From Eledone cirrhosa (taxonomy: Eukaryota), in contig CAXHJY010000057.1 of the NCBI GenBank assembly GCA_964016885.1, positions 33,590 through 97,589 of the forward strand: a stretch of DNA of 64,000 bases, read 5' to 3'. Shown piece by piece: positions 40,391 through 54,789 of the stretch. A program made the translations under genes and the position numbers. Positions within the stretch are counted from its first letter, which is position 1, and every line of letters starts with the position of its first letter. Below the pieces are notes generated by a model. It ran no database searches and was not told where the DNA came from. It was given only the letters and a program-made list of their open reading frames with translations.

Positions 40391-40897
40391 CCCTACTACT
40401 ACTACGAACACCACCACTGCTGCTACTACTACCACTACTACTACTACTACTACTATTACTACCACCACCACCACTACTTCTACTCACACCACCATCACCA
40501 CTTCTACCCACACCACCACTATCACATCTACCCATACCACCACCACCACTGCTACTACCATTACTACCACATTGTTCATAACAACAATGACGAGAACAAC
40601 AATACCAACAACAATTACAACACAAAACAGCAGAGAACAATAGTAAAGCAATACAACAACAACAACAACAACAACAGCGGATATTAATAAAGAGAAACAA
40701 AGAGAAGCTGTATAGTAAAGTGGTGGCGGTGGGGAAGAGGGTTTTTTGTGGGGGTGGGGTGGCTATTAAAGTTATTGCGTGGGACTTACACAAACACACA
40801 CACACACTGAAACACACACATACACACACTGAAACACACACACACATGCTGAAATACACACACACACAAACTGAAACACATACATACACACAATAAT

Positions 40898-41195
40898 AAT
40901 TGTTTCTACTTTAGGCACAAGGCCAGCAATTACCCAGTGTATTACTGGTACTTTATTTTATCGACCCCGTAAGGATGAAAGGCAAAGTTAACCTCGGCAG
41001 GATTTGAACTCAGACCATAAAGGGCCGTAACTCTATGCTGCAAAGCATGGCGTCCGACCCTCTACCGATTCTGCCAATCCACCGTAATAATAATAATAAT
41101 GTTTTTTTATATAGGCACATGACCAGCAATATGTGGGTGGGGGAAATCGATTAAATCGAATCCAGTGCGTGACTGGTACTTTATTTTATCGGTCA
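40898..41195 (-). mobile_element. SINE family A (40898-41085) plus a 3' fragment
   Basis: Reverse copies flanked by (AAT)n. Confidence 0.85.
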
Positions 41196-41231
41196 CGCAT
41201 AATAATAATAATAATAATGATAATAATAATG

Positions 41232-41578
41232 GTTTCTTTATTGGCCACAAGGGCTGACATGAAGAAAAACATTAGGGACAGTGCAGGACGGTTCAAAGTG
41301 GGTTTTGGCCGTGTAAAAAGGTTATAACAAGATAGACACGTGTAAAATAAATTAAAATTCAAACAACAAAAATTCCCCAATAAGGGGGAAAGACTCCAAG
41401 GGTCACTCGTGGCGAAAACCACACAAAAGACCACTGCCACCCTGATCACCAGGGCAAGCGCCCTCCCTCAGTTTTCCCACTCCTCACTCTACAGGCCTAT
41501 ACTCAGAGCGGGCCCGTTCACTCGGACCAGACACGCCACTTTCACCCACCTTTCAACAAACTTACTAGAAGACAGTAC
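41232..41578 (-). mobile_element. Tx1/L1-like LINE 3' end
   Basis: Minus strand VLSSSKFVERWVKVACLVRVNGPALSIGL* followed by the shared 3' UTR. Confidence 0.8.
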
Positions 41579-42379
41579 TTAATAATAATAATAAAGAAAA
41601 CTAAAAACAACAATAATTATAATCCATATGGTAATTATTATAACATAATATGGCATATACAACAACAGCAACAACAAAAACAAAATTGGAATAAAAAAAA
41701 GCATATAAAAATATTTAAAAAACAAAAACAAAACAACCACTAAAAACAACCACAACACCAACTACAACAACAACAACTACAGCCACATCAACAAAAAATC
41801 ATAAAAATAATATTTTTCAAAAAAATAGCCACCACAACAACAACCACCACAACAACTACAAAGCAACAGCAACAACAAAGCAACACAAGTTGTGTGGGGA
41901 AGAAAAGATATTGTAACTTCCTGTCAGGAAACGACATAGTGAAGTCACGTGACACAATTGTGGTCGGCCGCCATTGTATTTTGTTGCCGTTCTATTTTAC
42001 ATCAACGAAACTTTATAGTCTCGTCTGGTTCTCGTCTAAACAGCTATATCATCTATATGTGTGTATATATTACACACACACACACACACACATACACACA
42101 TATATATATATATATATATATCCATACACACACAATATATATATATACACATACTCATATATGCATATATATATACAGACGCACACACATATATACAGAC
42201 ATACACATGTATACACACATATATACAGACATACACATATATACACACAGACATATATATATACAGACACACACTCACGCACATATATATAGACACACAC
42301 ATATACACACACACATATATATAGACACACACATATACACACACACACTATATATATATATACACACACTCATATACGC

Positions 42380-42410
<31 letters not shown>

Positions 42411-42570
42411 TATATATACAGACACACACATATATACACACTTACACACATATATACAGACAGACATATATATACAGACACACACTCACGCACATATATA
42501 TAGACACACACATATATACACACACATACACACCCCACACATAGACACACACACACATAAATACATGCAT

Positions 42571-42601
<31 letters not shown>

Positions 42602-42987
42602 ACACAGAGGGAGGGACGGGACTGTGAAAGACCGTTTCACTGAATCCGGTTATGTAGAAAAGAACACGACTGTGATCAACTTTTAATGGAGTTTTTATTA
42701 ATGAATTTTTATTTTCACTGTTTTATTGGTAGTTAACAGATAGTTTGGAACAATAATACTCCTACACTAATTAACGTCTCAATACATTTCTTGGCCTCAT
42801 CTTGCTGAATAGAATATATGAGGCTGTTGTGTTGTTGCCCCCTTTTGTCCCAAGAAGAGAACTTATGTTTTAGATTGCTTAATGTACTAAAGACCCAGGC
42901 GCCGGTCATGGCTGTGATGTTTTTTTATTTATTATAGGCGAGTATGGTCGGTGTGAATGTGCCTGACTAGTGGTGTATATATATCTA

Positions 42988-43054
<67 letters not shown>

Positions 43055-43314
43055 TATATATATATATGCATAACTAAAAGTTTGTAGATAGCTGTTTTAG
43101 GTTATGTAACTGTTATAGAAACACGTGTCAATAAATTCCTTTCAACTAAACTGTATCCATTCAAATCTTTCTATATATATATATATATATATATATTTTA
43201 TTTTTTCAGTTTCTCAGTGAAATAACAACCCAACCAGGAACTGGGCATATCAGAGTATTGACAAAGTTAAACACCTCAACAACATGTGTACTCGTCTCTA
43301 CCACACTAATTTGG

Positions 43315-43369
43315 ACTGCCTGAAGAGGTCGCAGCCAAAGATGGCTGTCACTGAAATATATATAGCAGT
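43315..43369 (+). ncRNA. Minimal type-I hammerhead ribozyme (family H1)
   Basis: actgc CTGAAGA ggtcgcagccaaagatggctgtcact GAAA tatata TA gcagt aataaa. Perfect stem I; homologous to 15867-15922. Confidence 0.8.
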
Positions 43370-43406
43370 AATAAACGAAGCCAAATTTTAAACATTTGAC
43401 TTATTT

Positions 43407-43462
<56 letters not shown>

Positions 43463-43824
43463 CACGAATGGGAGAGAGCGGTGGAGGTACACCAGAGAGA
43501 GATTCCTCCAGCAGGAGTGAGAAGGCTCTGGATTGGAATAGATTATATATATATATATATATGAGAGACAGAGAGAGAGAGAGAGAGACAGTGAGTGAGT
43601 GAGTGAGTGAGTGAGTGAGTGAGTGAGTGAGTGAGTGAGTGAGTGAGTGAGTGAGTGAGAGAGAGAGAGAGAGGGAGAGAGAGACCACAACAACTGAAAC
43701 CTTCGATCTCAATTTTACTTTTGAAAATTATAAGAACTGTAAAACCGGTAAAGTAGGGAAATATTCTTAAAAGACTCCAGTTGCATTTTCAATTTCCTTT
43801 CCTCGGCCGATAACATTTCACAAT

Positions 43825-43900
<76 letters not shown>

Positions 43901-44503
43901 CTGTGTGTGTGCATGTGAATGTGTGTGTGTGTGTGTGTTTGTGTGAGAGTATGCGCGTGTGCGTGTGATGTGCGTGCGCGAGTGAGTAAGTGAGTGAGTG
44001 TGCGTGTGTGTGCGTGTGTATATATATATATATATACACATATATGTATATATATATATATATTATATATATACACACGCACAATCTATAATCTAGAATA
44101 ATCTACAATCCATTTTGCCTCCCAGACCCCCCCCCCCCCACCCTCCCCCCACACACAGACATGCGCCGCAGCACATCAAACGTGCTGTACAGAGTGTATC
44201 GCTATCTTTGGTCCGTTAGTCTCCACCACAGTAAAAACACAACCACCACCACCACCACCACCTATACCACTATAACTACTACTATCATCATCATCGTTCT
44301 ATATACCTAAGCCAACCCTTCTGCTAACCAATATTCTTCAGTCTTCGTCTTATATTGTGTTATCACTATAAACCACTTCACATTAGTTCTATCTAGAATC
44401 TTTACTCGGGAACTCCCTTCTATTATTGGTATTTATATATATATACGCACACATGTATACACAGGTTTGTTTTGTGGTATGTATATATGCATATACACTG
44501 TCG

Positions 44504-44504
<1 letters not shown>

Positions 44505-44590
<86 letters not shown>

Positions 44591-44643
44591 GTTTATATAT
44601 ATATATATATATATATATGTGTATATATATATATATATATGTG

Positions 44644-44675
<32 letters not shown>

Positions 44676-44713
44676 CATATATATATGTATATACATATGT
44701 GTGTGTATATATA

Positions 44714-44771
<58 letters not shown>

Positions 44772-44852
44772 TATATTTATATATACATATATATACATAT
44801 ATATACACATATATATACACATATATACACATATATATACACATATATATAC

Positions 44853-44885
<33 letters not shown>

Positions 44886-44902
44886 CACATATATATATAT
44901 AT

Positions 44903-44945
<43 letters not shown>

Positions 44946-45100
44946 TATATATATATACACATATATATACATATATATATACACACATATATATATATAT
45001 ATACACATATATATACATATATATATACACACATATATACATATATATATATATACACATATATATATATATATATATACACACACATACATATATATAT
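44505..45100. repeat. (TA)n-rich microsatellite
   Basis: Direct reading. Confidence 0.95.
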
Positions 45101-45761
45101 AAGTACATAAATAGTATGTTTGTTTTTCCGTGTGCTATTCAATGATACTGTACTTGACTATGTGTTATGTAGTATGTTATATTGTCCTACCGCCCTCCTC
45201 ACAACCAATCCACAAACACCAAGAATCGTAGAATCAAAGCAAAGCAGACTTAATAAGTATTCCACTCTGTTTATTTGGCTTTGGCTAATCTCTCCTATTG
45301 TTGTGGTTGTTGTTGTGGTTGTTGTTGTTGTGGTTGTTGTTGTGGTTGTTGTTGTTGTTGTGGTGGTTCCATACCAAAGATTGGGCGTTGGGGTGGGGGA
45401 GAGGTTACATCTACTAGATAAAGTCTTTCATGTCATTGTGTTGTGTGTGAATGGTATGTATATATGCGTGTGTGTATAAATATATACATATATATATATA
45501 TAATGTATGTATGTATATATGTATGTATATATGCATATATATATATATATATAAAATATATGTATGATTGTATAAAAATGTATATAGAGAGAGAGACGTG
45601 TTTATAAATATACGTAAGTGTATGTGTGATTGTATGTATGTATACATATATATATATATATATGTATATATATATGTATATATATATATAGAGAGAGAGA
45701 GTGTGATACATGCATACCTCCAGTTGGTCTTCTCTTCAACCTCTCCCTCTCTCTCTATGCA

Positions 45762-45801
<40 letters not shown>

Positions 45802-45808
45802 CATACAT

Positions 45809-45846
<38 letters not shown>

Positions 45847-46076
45847 CTTATATACATACATATATTTGAATAAATATATATATATATACAATCATACACA
45901 CACACACACACATACATACATATACATATATATACACACATACACATACATGTATGTTTGGGTGTTTATTTTCTATTCGCCATTGTATAATGATGTTGGC
46001 AATAGTGATGCGGTGAACGTAACATTATACGTACATGTGAAGATAACCTTTTATTCCTACAACTATTTATATAGAA

Positions 46077-47070
46077 ATCTGTTTACTCTATTGTTATAAC
46101 AGCGATTGCTGCTCAAGATTTATAGAGTCTCTAGGAGGAATAACTACAGAATCCTTAACAACATTGACACAATAAACAACAAGGCAAGCCTCTACTGCCT
46201 GCTAGAAAGAGCAGTCAACACTTCTCTACATTTCAGTCCCTAGAAATTTGTCGAAGTTATGGTTTTGTATCTGTTTACTCTATTGTTATAACAGCGATTG
46301 CTGCTCAAGATTTATGGAGTCTCTAGGAGGTATAACTACAGAATCCTTAACAACATTGACACAATAAACAACAAGGCAAGCCTCTATTGCCTGCTAGAAA
46401 GAGCAGTCAACACTTCTCTACATTTCAGTCCCTAGAAATTTGTCGAAGTTATGGTTTTGTATCTGTTTACTCTATTGTTATAACAGCGATTGCTGCTCAA
46501 GATTTATAGTGTCTCTAGGAGGTATAACTACAGAATCCTTAACAACATTGACACAATAAACAACAAGGCAAGCCTCTACTGCCTGCTAGAAAGAGCAGTC
46601 AACACTTCTTTACATTTCAGTCCCTAGAAATTTGTCGAAGGTATGGTTTTATGGGGTTAAGAAGTCCCTTTCTCTGATATGCTGCCAATAGCAACATGAT
46701 AGCCACAAGAGGTTCTTATTTGAGTTGCTAGACAGAACAGCCAACTCTTCTACAGACTTCTCTCCCTGTAAAATTGTCGAAAATCATGGTTGTGTGGTGA
46801 AGGGGTCCCTTTCTCTGATATGCTGTCAATAGCAACAAAATAGCCACAAAAGGTTCTCATTTGAATTGCTAGAAAGAACAGCCAAATCTTCTTCACACTG
46901 TTGTCGAAGGTATGGTTTTGTGGGATTAAGAAGTCCATTCCTCTCACATGTTGTCAATAGATACACGAGAGCCACAAGATGTTTTCATTTGAGTTGCTAG
47001 AAAGAACAGCCAATCTAACTTCAGACCCTAAACATTGTCGACGGCCTTTTTGGGTGATTAAGGACTTCGT
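46077..47070. repeat. Composite tandem repeat: 3 x 192 bp, then ~3 diverged 130-145 bp units
   Basis: atctgtttactc at 46077, 46269 and 46461. All six units share tgctaga.ag..cag.caa and ttgtcga. Confidence 0.9.
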
Positions 47071-47144
47071 TCCTCACTTATATGATGCTAGGTTCATATC
47101 TACGAAAGTTTTCTACTAAGTAGCGTGACGGCGCAAGGGTTAGT

Positions 47145-47555
47145 GGTTCGTGTGCCCGGCTGGTAATCCCAAAATAAAGAACTGGCTCGATAAAATAAAG
47201 TACCAGTAATACACTAGTGTCGATTTAATAGACTTTCCCCTCTCCCACAATTGCATGCCTTGTGCCTAAATCAGAACCCATCATTATCATCACCATCATC
47301 ATCATCATCACCATCATATTGGCAATAATCATTAGAGCTACGAACACCATGCTTCACGGCATAGAGTTACGGCCCTTTACGTTATAATTTCAAATCCCGC
47401 TAATGCCAAAGGTTAGCTTTGCCTTTCAATGTTAACTTTGCCTTTCATCCTTACAGAGTCAATAAAATAAAGTACCAGTAATACACTGGGATCGACTTAA
47501 TCGACTTTTCCCCTCCCCCCTTCAAATTGCTGTCCTTTTGCCTTAACTAGAAACC
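47145..47555 (+). mobile_element. Two diverged SINE copies
   Basis: ataaaataaagtaccagtaatacact and the tail occur twice. Confidence 0.7.
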
Positions 47556-48059
47556 ACAAATAATGTTGTTGTTGTAGTTGTTGTCACATAATTGATAGAA
47601 TGCTGTTTTGCTTCTATATCAACAAATAACTTTTACAGTAATTAACTCTAATTAGTCTTGTCAATTGAACTGAGGTTTGTTTAGACATTTAAGTTTTCTA
47701 ATTTATTAAATTCGTTTAGATATTTAACCATCATCATCATCGCCATCATTATTATTATTATTCTGATCATCATCATCATCGTCATCATCAACAGCATCGT
47801 AATTATCATCCATATAATTACGATAACCATCATCATCACCACTAGCTTTATTTTCATCACCCGCATCATCATCATCATCATCACCACCCTCCTTAATACC
47901 ATCATCAATATCATCATCACCATCATAATCATCATCATCATTACCCATATCATTACCATAACCATCATCATCATCATCATCATCATCATAAACATCACTC
48001 ATGGCATTATCATCCTCATCCTTATCACCATCCTAACCATCATCATCATCAATATAATT

Positions 48060-48375
48060 ATCATCAATATAGTCATCACCATCACCATCATCAATATAGT
48101 CATCACCATCACCATCAACATAGTCATCACCATCACCATCAACATAGTCATCACCATCAACATAGTCATCACCATCACCATCAACAATCATCACCATCAA
48201 CATAGTCATCACCATAGTCATCACCATCACCATCAACATAGTCATCACCATCACCATCAACATAGTCATCACCATCACCATCAACATAGTCATCACCATC
48301 ACCATCAACATAGTCATCACCATCACCATCAACATAGTCATCACCATCACCATCAACATAGTCATCACCATCACC
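48060..48375. repeat. 24-bp minisatellite (catagtcatcaccatcaccatcaa) within an (ATC)n tract
   Basis: Direct reading. Confidence 0.9.
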
Positions 48376-48760
48376 TTCATATCTGTTTCTAATCAAAGGG
48401 AATTATTACTATTTCATTTCTTAATCAAAGAAACTTTAATGAGTTACACTACCAGTACTACCACCACCACCACTACTACCAGTACTACCACCACCACCAC
48501 CACTACTACCACTACCACTAACACCACTACTACCACCACCACCACTACTACCACTACCACCACTACTACCACCACTACCACTACTACTACTGCTGTCACT
48601 ACCACTACTACCACTACCACCACCACCACTACTGCTACCACCACTACTACTACTGCTGCTGTCACTACCACCACTACTACCACTACCACCACCACTACTA
48701 CTACTACTACTGCCGTCACTACCACTACTACTACTACCACTACTGCTACCACTACTACTA

Positions 48761-49270
48761 GTGTCGACATTCACCCTGGACGGGTTGGGCCGGCTTCTTC
48801 CCTTGTCCTGACGGCAACCCGAACCATGGCAACCCTCGCCCGACGGTTCCGGGCCACGTCACTGGAGATAACGAACCAGTCACGGTTCCATCGGCGCAGG
48901 CGGACCACATTCATAGCTCGTATAAAGGATTCATGGAAGAAGTGTCATGGGAGTAGTGAATTCACAAGCGGTCCCCTCCCCCCCAAAAAACCCCCGCATG
49001 TGTATCCCGAACGAGGGGAAAAAAACGTCCTGTTTGCCGCAGATTCTCCACAGACGCAGGGACAGAAACGACCCCAAGCCGCCGGTTGCCGGAACAGACA
49101 CCTCTTGGATTTTCACCGGAGCCCCTTTTGCCGGGTTGCGGCCCTAATACCGCTGGGTGCCAGACCAATCCGCCTTGGGTGGCCCTACCAGGAACCGAAG
49201 TTCCCGACGGCATAGCTCGGACAGTACCCGTTGCCACCGCCCTGCCACGTTGAGGAGGGGGTTGGACTTA
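48761..49270 (-). mobile_element. Orphan RTE-clade LINE 5' UTR (GC-rich island)
   Basis: Minus strand ...cgtggcagggcgg...gagctatgccgtcgggaacttcggttcctggtagggccacccaaggcggattggtc matches the 5' motif recalled from RTE elements (BovB/Expander-type gagctatgc...ctggtagggccacccaag). It ends at VNVDT, similar to the endonuclease start (L/W)NV.T. Confidence 0.6.
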
Positions 49271-49964
49271 CCACTACTACCACCACCACCGCTACTACTA
49301 CTACCACCACCACCACCACCACTACCATTACCACCACTAATATTACCTCTACTATCACCACCACTACCACCACTACTACCTCCACCACTACCATTACCAC
49401 CACCACTACCACTACTACCACCACCACTACCACTACTACCTCCACCACTACCATTACCACCACTAATATTACCACTACTACTATTACCACTTCTACCACT
49501 ACCATTACCACCATAAAATATTACCACTACTTCTACCACCACCACTACCACCACTACGACCACTCATACTACTACCCACTATCATCACTAATACTACCAC
49601 TACCACCACCACTCCTACCACTACTACCACCACTCCTACCACCACCACTCCTACCATCACCACCACCACTAATACCACCATTCCTACCACTACTACCACC
49701 ACCCCTACCACCACCACTCCTACCATCACCACCACCACCACTACCACCACTCCTACCACCACCACCACCACCACTCCTACCACCACTACCACCACCACTC
49801 CTACCACTACTACTTATAATCATTATTACTGTTCATTTATAATCAAAAAGAAATATTTATAAATACGTATAGTTCATTTCATTCCATTTATATTTGCACA
49901 CAAATATATCCCCAGCTTATTTTTATTACTATTATTACCATTATTGCGTGCTGTCATTTCATTA

Positions 49965-50405
49965 ATGAGCACAGCTCAGTGCATCTTGGGTACATGCAGG
50001 TTTTTCTGGTGCTCTATTTTATTAATCCCGTAAAGATGAAAGGCAAAACGGCTGAGGTTAACTTTGCCTGTCACCCTTACGAGGTCGATAAAATAAAGAA
50101 CCAGTCAGCACTGAGGTCGATTTAATTGACTTTCCCTGTCTCCCCTTCAAATTGCTGGCCTCGTGCCTGTCTCAGAAACCATCATTTGTGGTGGTGGTGC
50201 TTTGGCAGTAATCGGTAGAGCGTCACACACCATGCTTTGCAGCATAGAGATAGAGCTATTTACGTTCTGAGTTCAAATCCCGTCGAGGTTAGCTCTGCCT
50301 TTCATCCTTACAGGGTCGATAAAATAAAGTACCAGTAATACACTGGGGTAAATTTAATTCCCTTACCCCAAAATTGCTGGCCTTGGGCCGAAATCAGAAA
50401 CCATT
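49965..50405. mobile_element. Cluster of SINE family A pieces (- fragment, + fragment, + near full-length 50200-50405)
   Basis: Central domain occurs three times. Confidence 0.8.
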
Positions 50406-50552
50406 ATTATTATTATTATTATTGTTGTTGTTGTTGTTATTAGCTTTTTTCCTGTTCTACAAAAGCCGTAATTTTCTTTAGAAATTCTAAAATAATGAAT
50501 TTCGCATATAGTCACGTTATTGTATTTCCCATGAGTAATTAAACCAATGGTT

Positions 50553-50945
50553 GTGAAGGCAAGTGGCCTAGTGGTTAGGGTAGTCATTTCATAACTCTGA
50601 TGTCACGAGATCTATTCCTAGCAGCAGGCTATAATCAAGAACAAGACACGTTTCTTCTTCTTCTTCTCCTTCTTTCCCTTTGCCCCAACCCACTCAGCTA
50701 GAAAACTCACCTTCCCATGAGTATATCAATGTAATAACTTATTTATCGACATTCAAAGGTACGTGGCTTAGTGGTTACTGTGTTAAGCTAACGATTGTAA
50801 CGTCTTTACTTCGATAACGGGCGGGGTGTTGTATCCGTGTATAACAGACTACATTTCATGTTGTTCCAGTTCACTCGGCTGGCAGAGATGTCTTGTGTAT
50901 GTACATCAGAGAGTCAACTTCTGAGGAGCAGCCTTGCCACACGCA
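50553..50945 (+). mobile_element. Two old SINE family B-like heads
   Basis: tggcctagtggttagg and tggcttagtggtta A boxes; caagacac..tttc remnants. Confidence 0.55.
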
Positions 50946-51117
50946 CGTACATACATACCCCAAACTTTTACATTAAACAATATTGCTTATCTATCTCTAT
51001 AGCCATCCATCCATCCATCTATCTATCTGTTCGTGTCTATTAATGTCACTCTAACACAACCATTATACTCAACTTCCACATTAAATAATATCTATCTATC
51101 TATCTATCTATCTATCC

Positions 51118-51657
51118 AGTTGACCACCGAGTCCATTGTCATGATCAAACCGCCACCCTCCTTCAAAAACGAAGGAGAGGCGGTGTTCCTTTGTGTGATA
51201 GCTATGGCGAAAGAGGTTGTATGGTGGACGAGGTTGAAAGGGCTGAGGTCAGACACCTTTCTCTCCGGCCAACAACTGATTCTTTTTTTCAAATACCACT
51301 TTGGAAGAAGAGTCAGTATGGAGAGAGAGGTGCTGTACCCCAGCAAGTTTTATGAAAGGTGGGTGAAAGTGGCGAGAATGGCCCGAGTGAATGGGCCTTC
51401 TCTCTATATCAGCCTGTAGGTTTAGGAAAAAGAGGAGGAGAGGGAAATGAATACAAACTCTTCGTACTCCTGGAGATGAGGGTTGCTCATTTTTTTTCGG
51501 GGGTATGTGTTACCCATATGTAATGTCTCCCCCTATTGGGGAAAATCGACTAATTTTTAAATTGCATTTGTGATAATATTTTACGTTTTTATTGTATGTA
51601 AACTCCCCATTTGTATTTGTCCCCTTCTTTTGTGCCCCTGTGGCTAATAAAGAAACA
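51118..51657 (+). mobile_element. Tx1/L1-like LINE 3' fragment in an (ATCT)n tract
   Basis: ...AVFLCVIAMAKEVVWWTR...FFKYHFGRRVSMEREVLYPSKFYERWVKVARMARVNGPSLYISL*. AK..(I/V)W..R is typical of the Tx1 ORF2 C-terminus. Confidence 0.75.
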
Positions 51658-52576
51658 TATCTATCTATCTATGCATCCATCAGCCTATCTATTTGAATCT
51701 ATCTATCTACTTACCCACCAATCCATATATCTAAATAACTTTATACCAGCCTATCTATCAGTTTACCTACCCATCTTTGATATATATCCCAACCACTACA
51801 CCTAACTTTCACATTAAATAATATCTATCTCTCTATCTATTTATCTCTATCAATCTATCTATTTGTATCTATCTATCCATATATCTATCTATCTATATAT
51901 CTATCTATCTATTTATCTCTATCAACCCATCTATGCATCAATCTATCTATTTGTATCTATCTATCCATATATCTATCTATCTATATATCTATCTATATAT
52001 CTATCTATCTATTTATCTCTATCAACCCATCTATGCATCAATCTATCTATTTGTATCTATCTATCTATATATCAGCCTATCTATCCATATATCTATGTAT
52101 CCATCCATCTAACTATTTTTATCTATCTATCCATCATCAACCTATCCATCCATCATCTATCTATCTATCTATCTATCTATTAATCTATCTATCCACCCAT
52201 CTATCTGTCTATCTATCCAAATATATCTCTCCATCCATCAATCCCAACCTCTAAACCCAACTTCCACATTTAAACAATAAAGAGGAAGTATTCAAAACTA
52301 CTCGAAAAGGAACGCAGAGAACATTAAGAAAAAAACAACAACAAACACAACAACTATTACAACAACAACAACAACTATTACAACAACAACTATTACAACA
52401 ACAACAACTATTACAACAACAACTATTACAACAACAACTATTACAACAACAACTATTACAACAACAACTATTACAACAACAACTATTACAACAAAACTAT
52501 TACAACAACAGCCGTTACAACAACAACCGACAAATTCAATACTTTTCATTTCAAAAATTTGTTTAATTGTGCTCGT

Positions 52577-52799
<223 letters not shown>

Positions 52800-52909
52800 T
52801 TGCATGCGTAACTGTATGTATGTGTTTGTGAGTAACAGTGTGTATGCATGTGTGTTTGTGTGCGTGTATTTATATGTGTGCGTTTATATATGCATATGTG
52901 TGCCTGTGC

Positions 52910-52942
<33 letters not shown>

Positions 52943-53046
52943 TGTATGTATATATGTATATATATATATATGTATATATATATGTATACATGCGTGCGTC
53001 TGCGTGTTTGTGGATATATATATATATATACGTATATATATATACG

Positions 53047-53079
<33 letters not shown>

Positions 53080-53605
53080 ACATGTGTCTGTGTGGATGTG
53101 CGTTTGTTTACACACATCCACATGTATGTGAGCGCATGCGTGACTCTGCATGCATTTACACAAGGACGTATATATATATATTTGTGTGTCTACGTGTGTC
53201 TATGTGTGTCTATGTGTGTCTACGTGCGTGTGTTCATGCGCTTGTGTAGAGGGTGGGTGTATGCGCATGTGTAGTGGGTGTGTCAGTGTGGTAAGGGGAG
53301 AGAGAGAGGGTGTGGGGGATGCTGTTGTATCAGTCAATCTTTGTTGTTCACGGTTTCTTGTGTTCTTTCAGTTTGTCCTGGCACTAATTGATTCAGCCAT
53401 ATGTGAAATATGCTTCACAACAACAACAACAACAATAACAATAATAATAATCTCTGTAATTGTTAAATAAATATATAAAACTAAAATAATATGGGAAATG
53501 AAGTAGTTTGTTATATAAAAAAAAAAGTAATGATATTTTTAATATGAAATTTGAATTGTGAGCGTCCCAAATCAAATGAGGAACACTACAGTCGATCATT
53601 ATAAA

Positions 53606-53735
53606 TAATTGTTTCTAGTTTTGTTTACGCACAAGGCCAGCAATTACTCCAGTGTATTACTGGTACTTTATTTTATCGACCCCCCCCCCCTCTCCAGTAA
53701 AGATGAAAGGCGAAGTTAACCTCGACAGGATTTTT
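53606..53735 (-). mobile_element. SINE family A 3' fragment
   Basis: Tail and central domain. Confidence 0.8.
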
Positions 53736-54789
53736 TTAACTAAAAGAAAAAAAAAGAGAAGCGGGGCTGGGGGGGGGGGGGGGGGAGATAATAACAGCAA
53801 CAATAACGCCATCACCAACATCAATAACAATAACAACCACGTCACCATCAACAACAATAATCGCCACCACCACAACAACCACCACAGCAACCACCACAAC
53901 AACCACCACAGCAACCACCACAGCAACCACAACAGCAACCACAACAACAACCACCACAACAACCACCACAGCAACCACAACAACCACAACAACAACCACC
54001 ACAACAACCACCACAGCAACCACAACCACCACAATAACAGCAACCACAGCAACCACCATCACAACCACAACAACAACCACCACAGCAACTACAATAGCCA
54101 CAACAACAACAAATCAATTTGTATCCTATTAGTCGAGACAGAAAACAACTTTAGCTTCTGCCGACATTTGCACTAATATTGAAATAAACAAATCTATGAA
54201 AAAAAAAACCCTCAAAAAGCTACGGTAAATTGTGACCTAGAAACAGACGACAACCTTGGAAAATCTTTAAAGCCGGAAGTAGGTTTTATTCAAACGCCGT
54301 CAACCGCCATCATGAAATCTGCTTCGATCTTAATTGAAACATATTCTACATTAAATAAATAAAATATCGATTTTATTCTTCATTCCTTTTTGGCTTTGCT
54401 TTTAGTTGTGGTTCTGTGTGTGTGTGTGTGTGTGTCTGTGTGTATATATGTGTGTGTGTGTACATATATGCGTGTGTGCGTACATGTGTGTGTACATATG
54501 TGTGTATGTGTGTGTACATATGTATGTGTGCGTATGTGTGTCTATGCTTGTTTTTTTTTGGCTTGGTTTGATTTTTAAGTCTCCGGTAAAGTGGTACACA
54601 CGTAAACTGGTGGTGGTGGTGGTGGTGGTGGTAAATATTTTATTGGTAGTAGTAGTAGTAGTAGTAGCAGCAGCAGCAGCAGCGGTGGTGGTAAAGTTCA
54701 ATACAACTCAAGAAATCGATGACAAGAAAACCAATTATCCAATAGAGAAAGTTAAGATAACTAATAAGGAATTAAACAACGAAAGAACC

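Noticed and set aside
48439-49842. Mucin-like or Pro-rich ORFs around the GC island
   Set aside because: Trinucleotide repeat read-through across a TE UTR.
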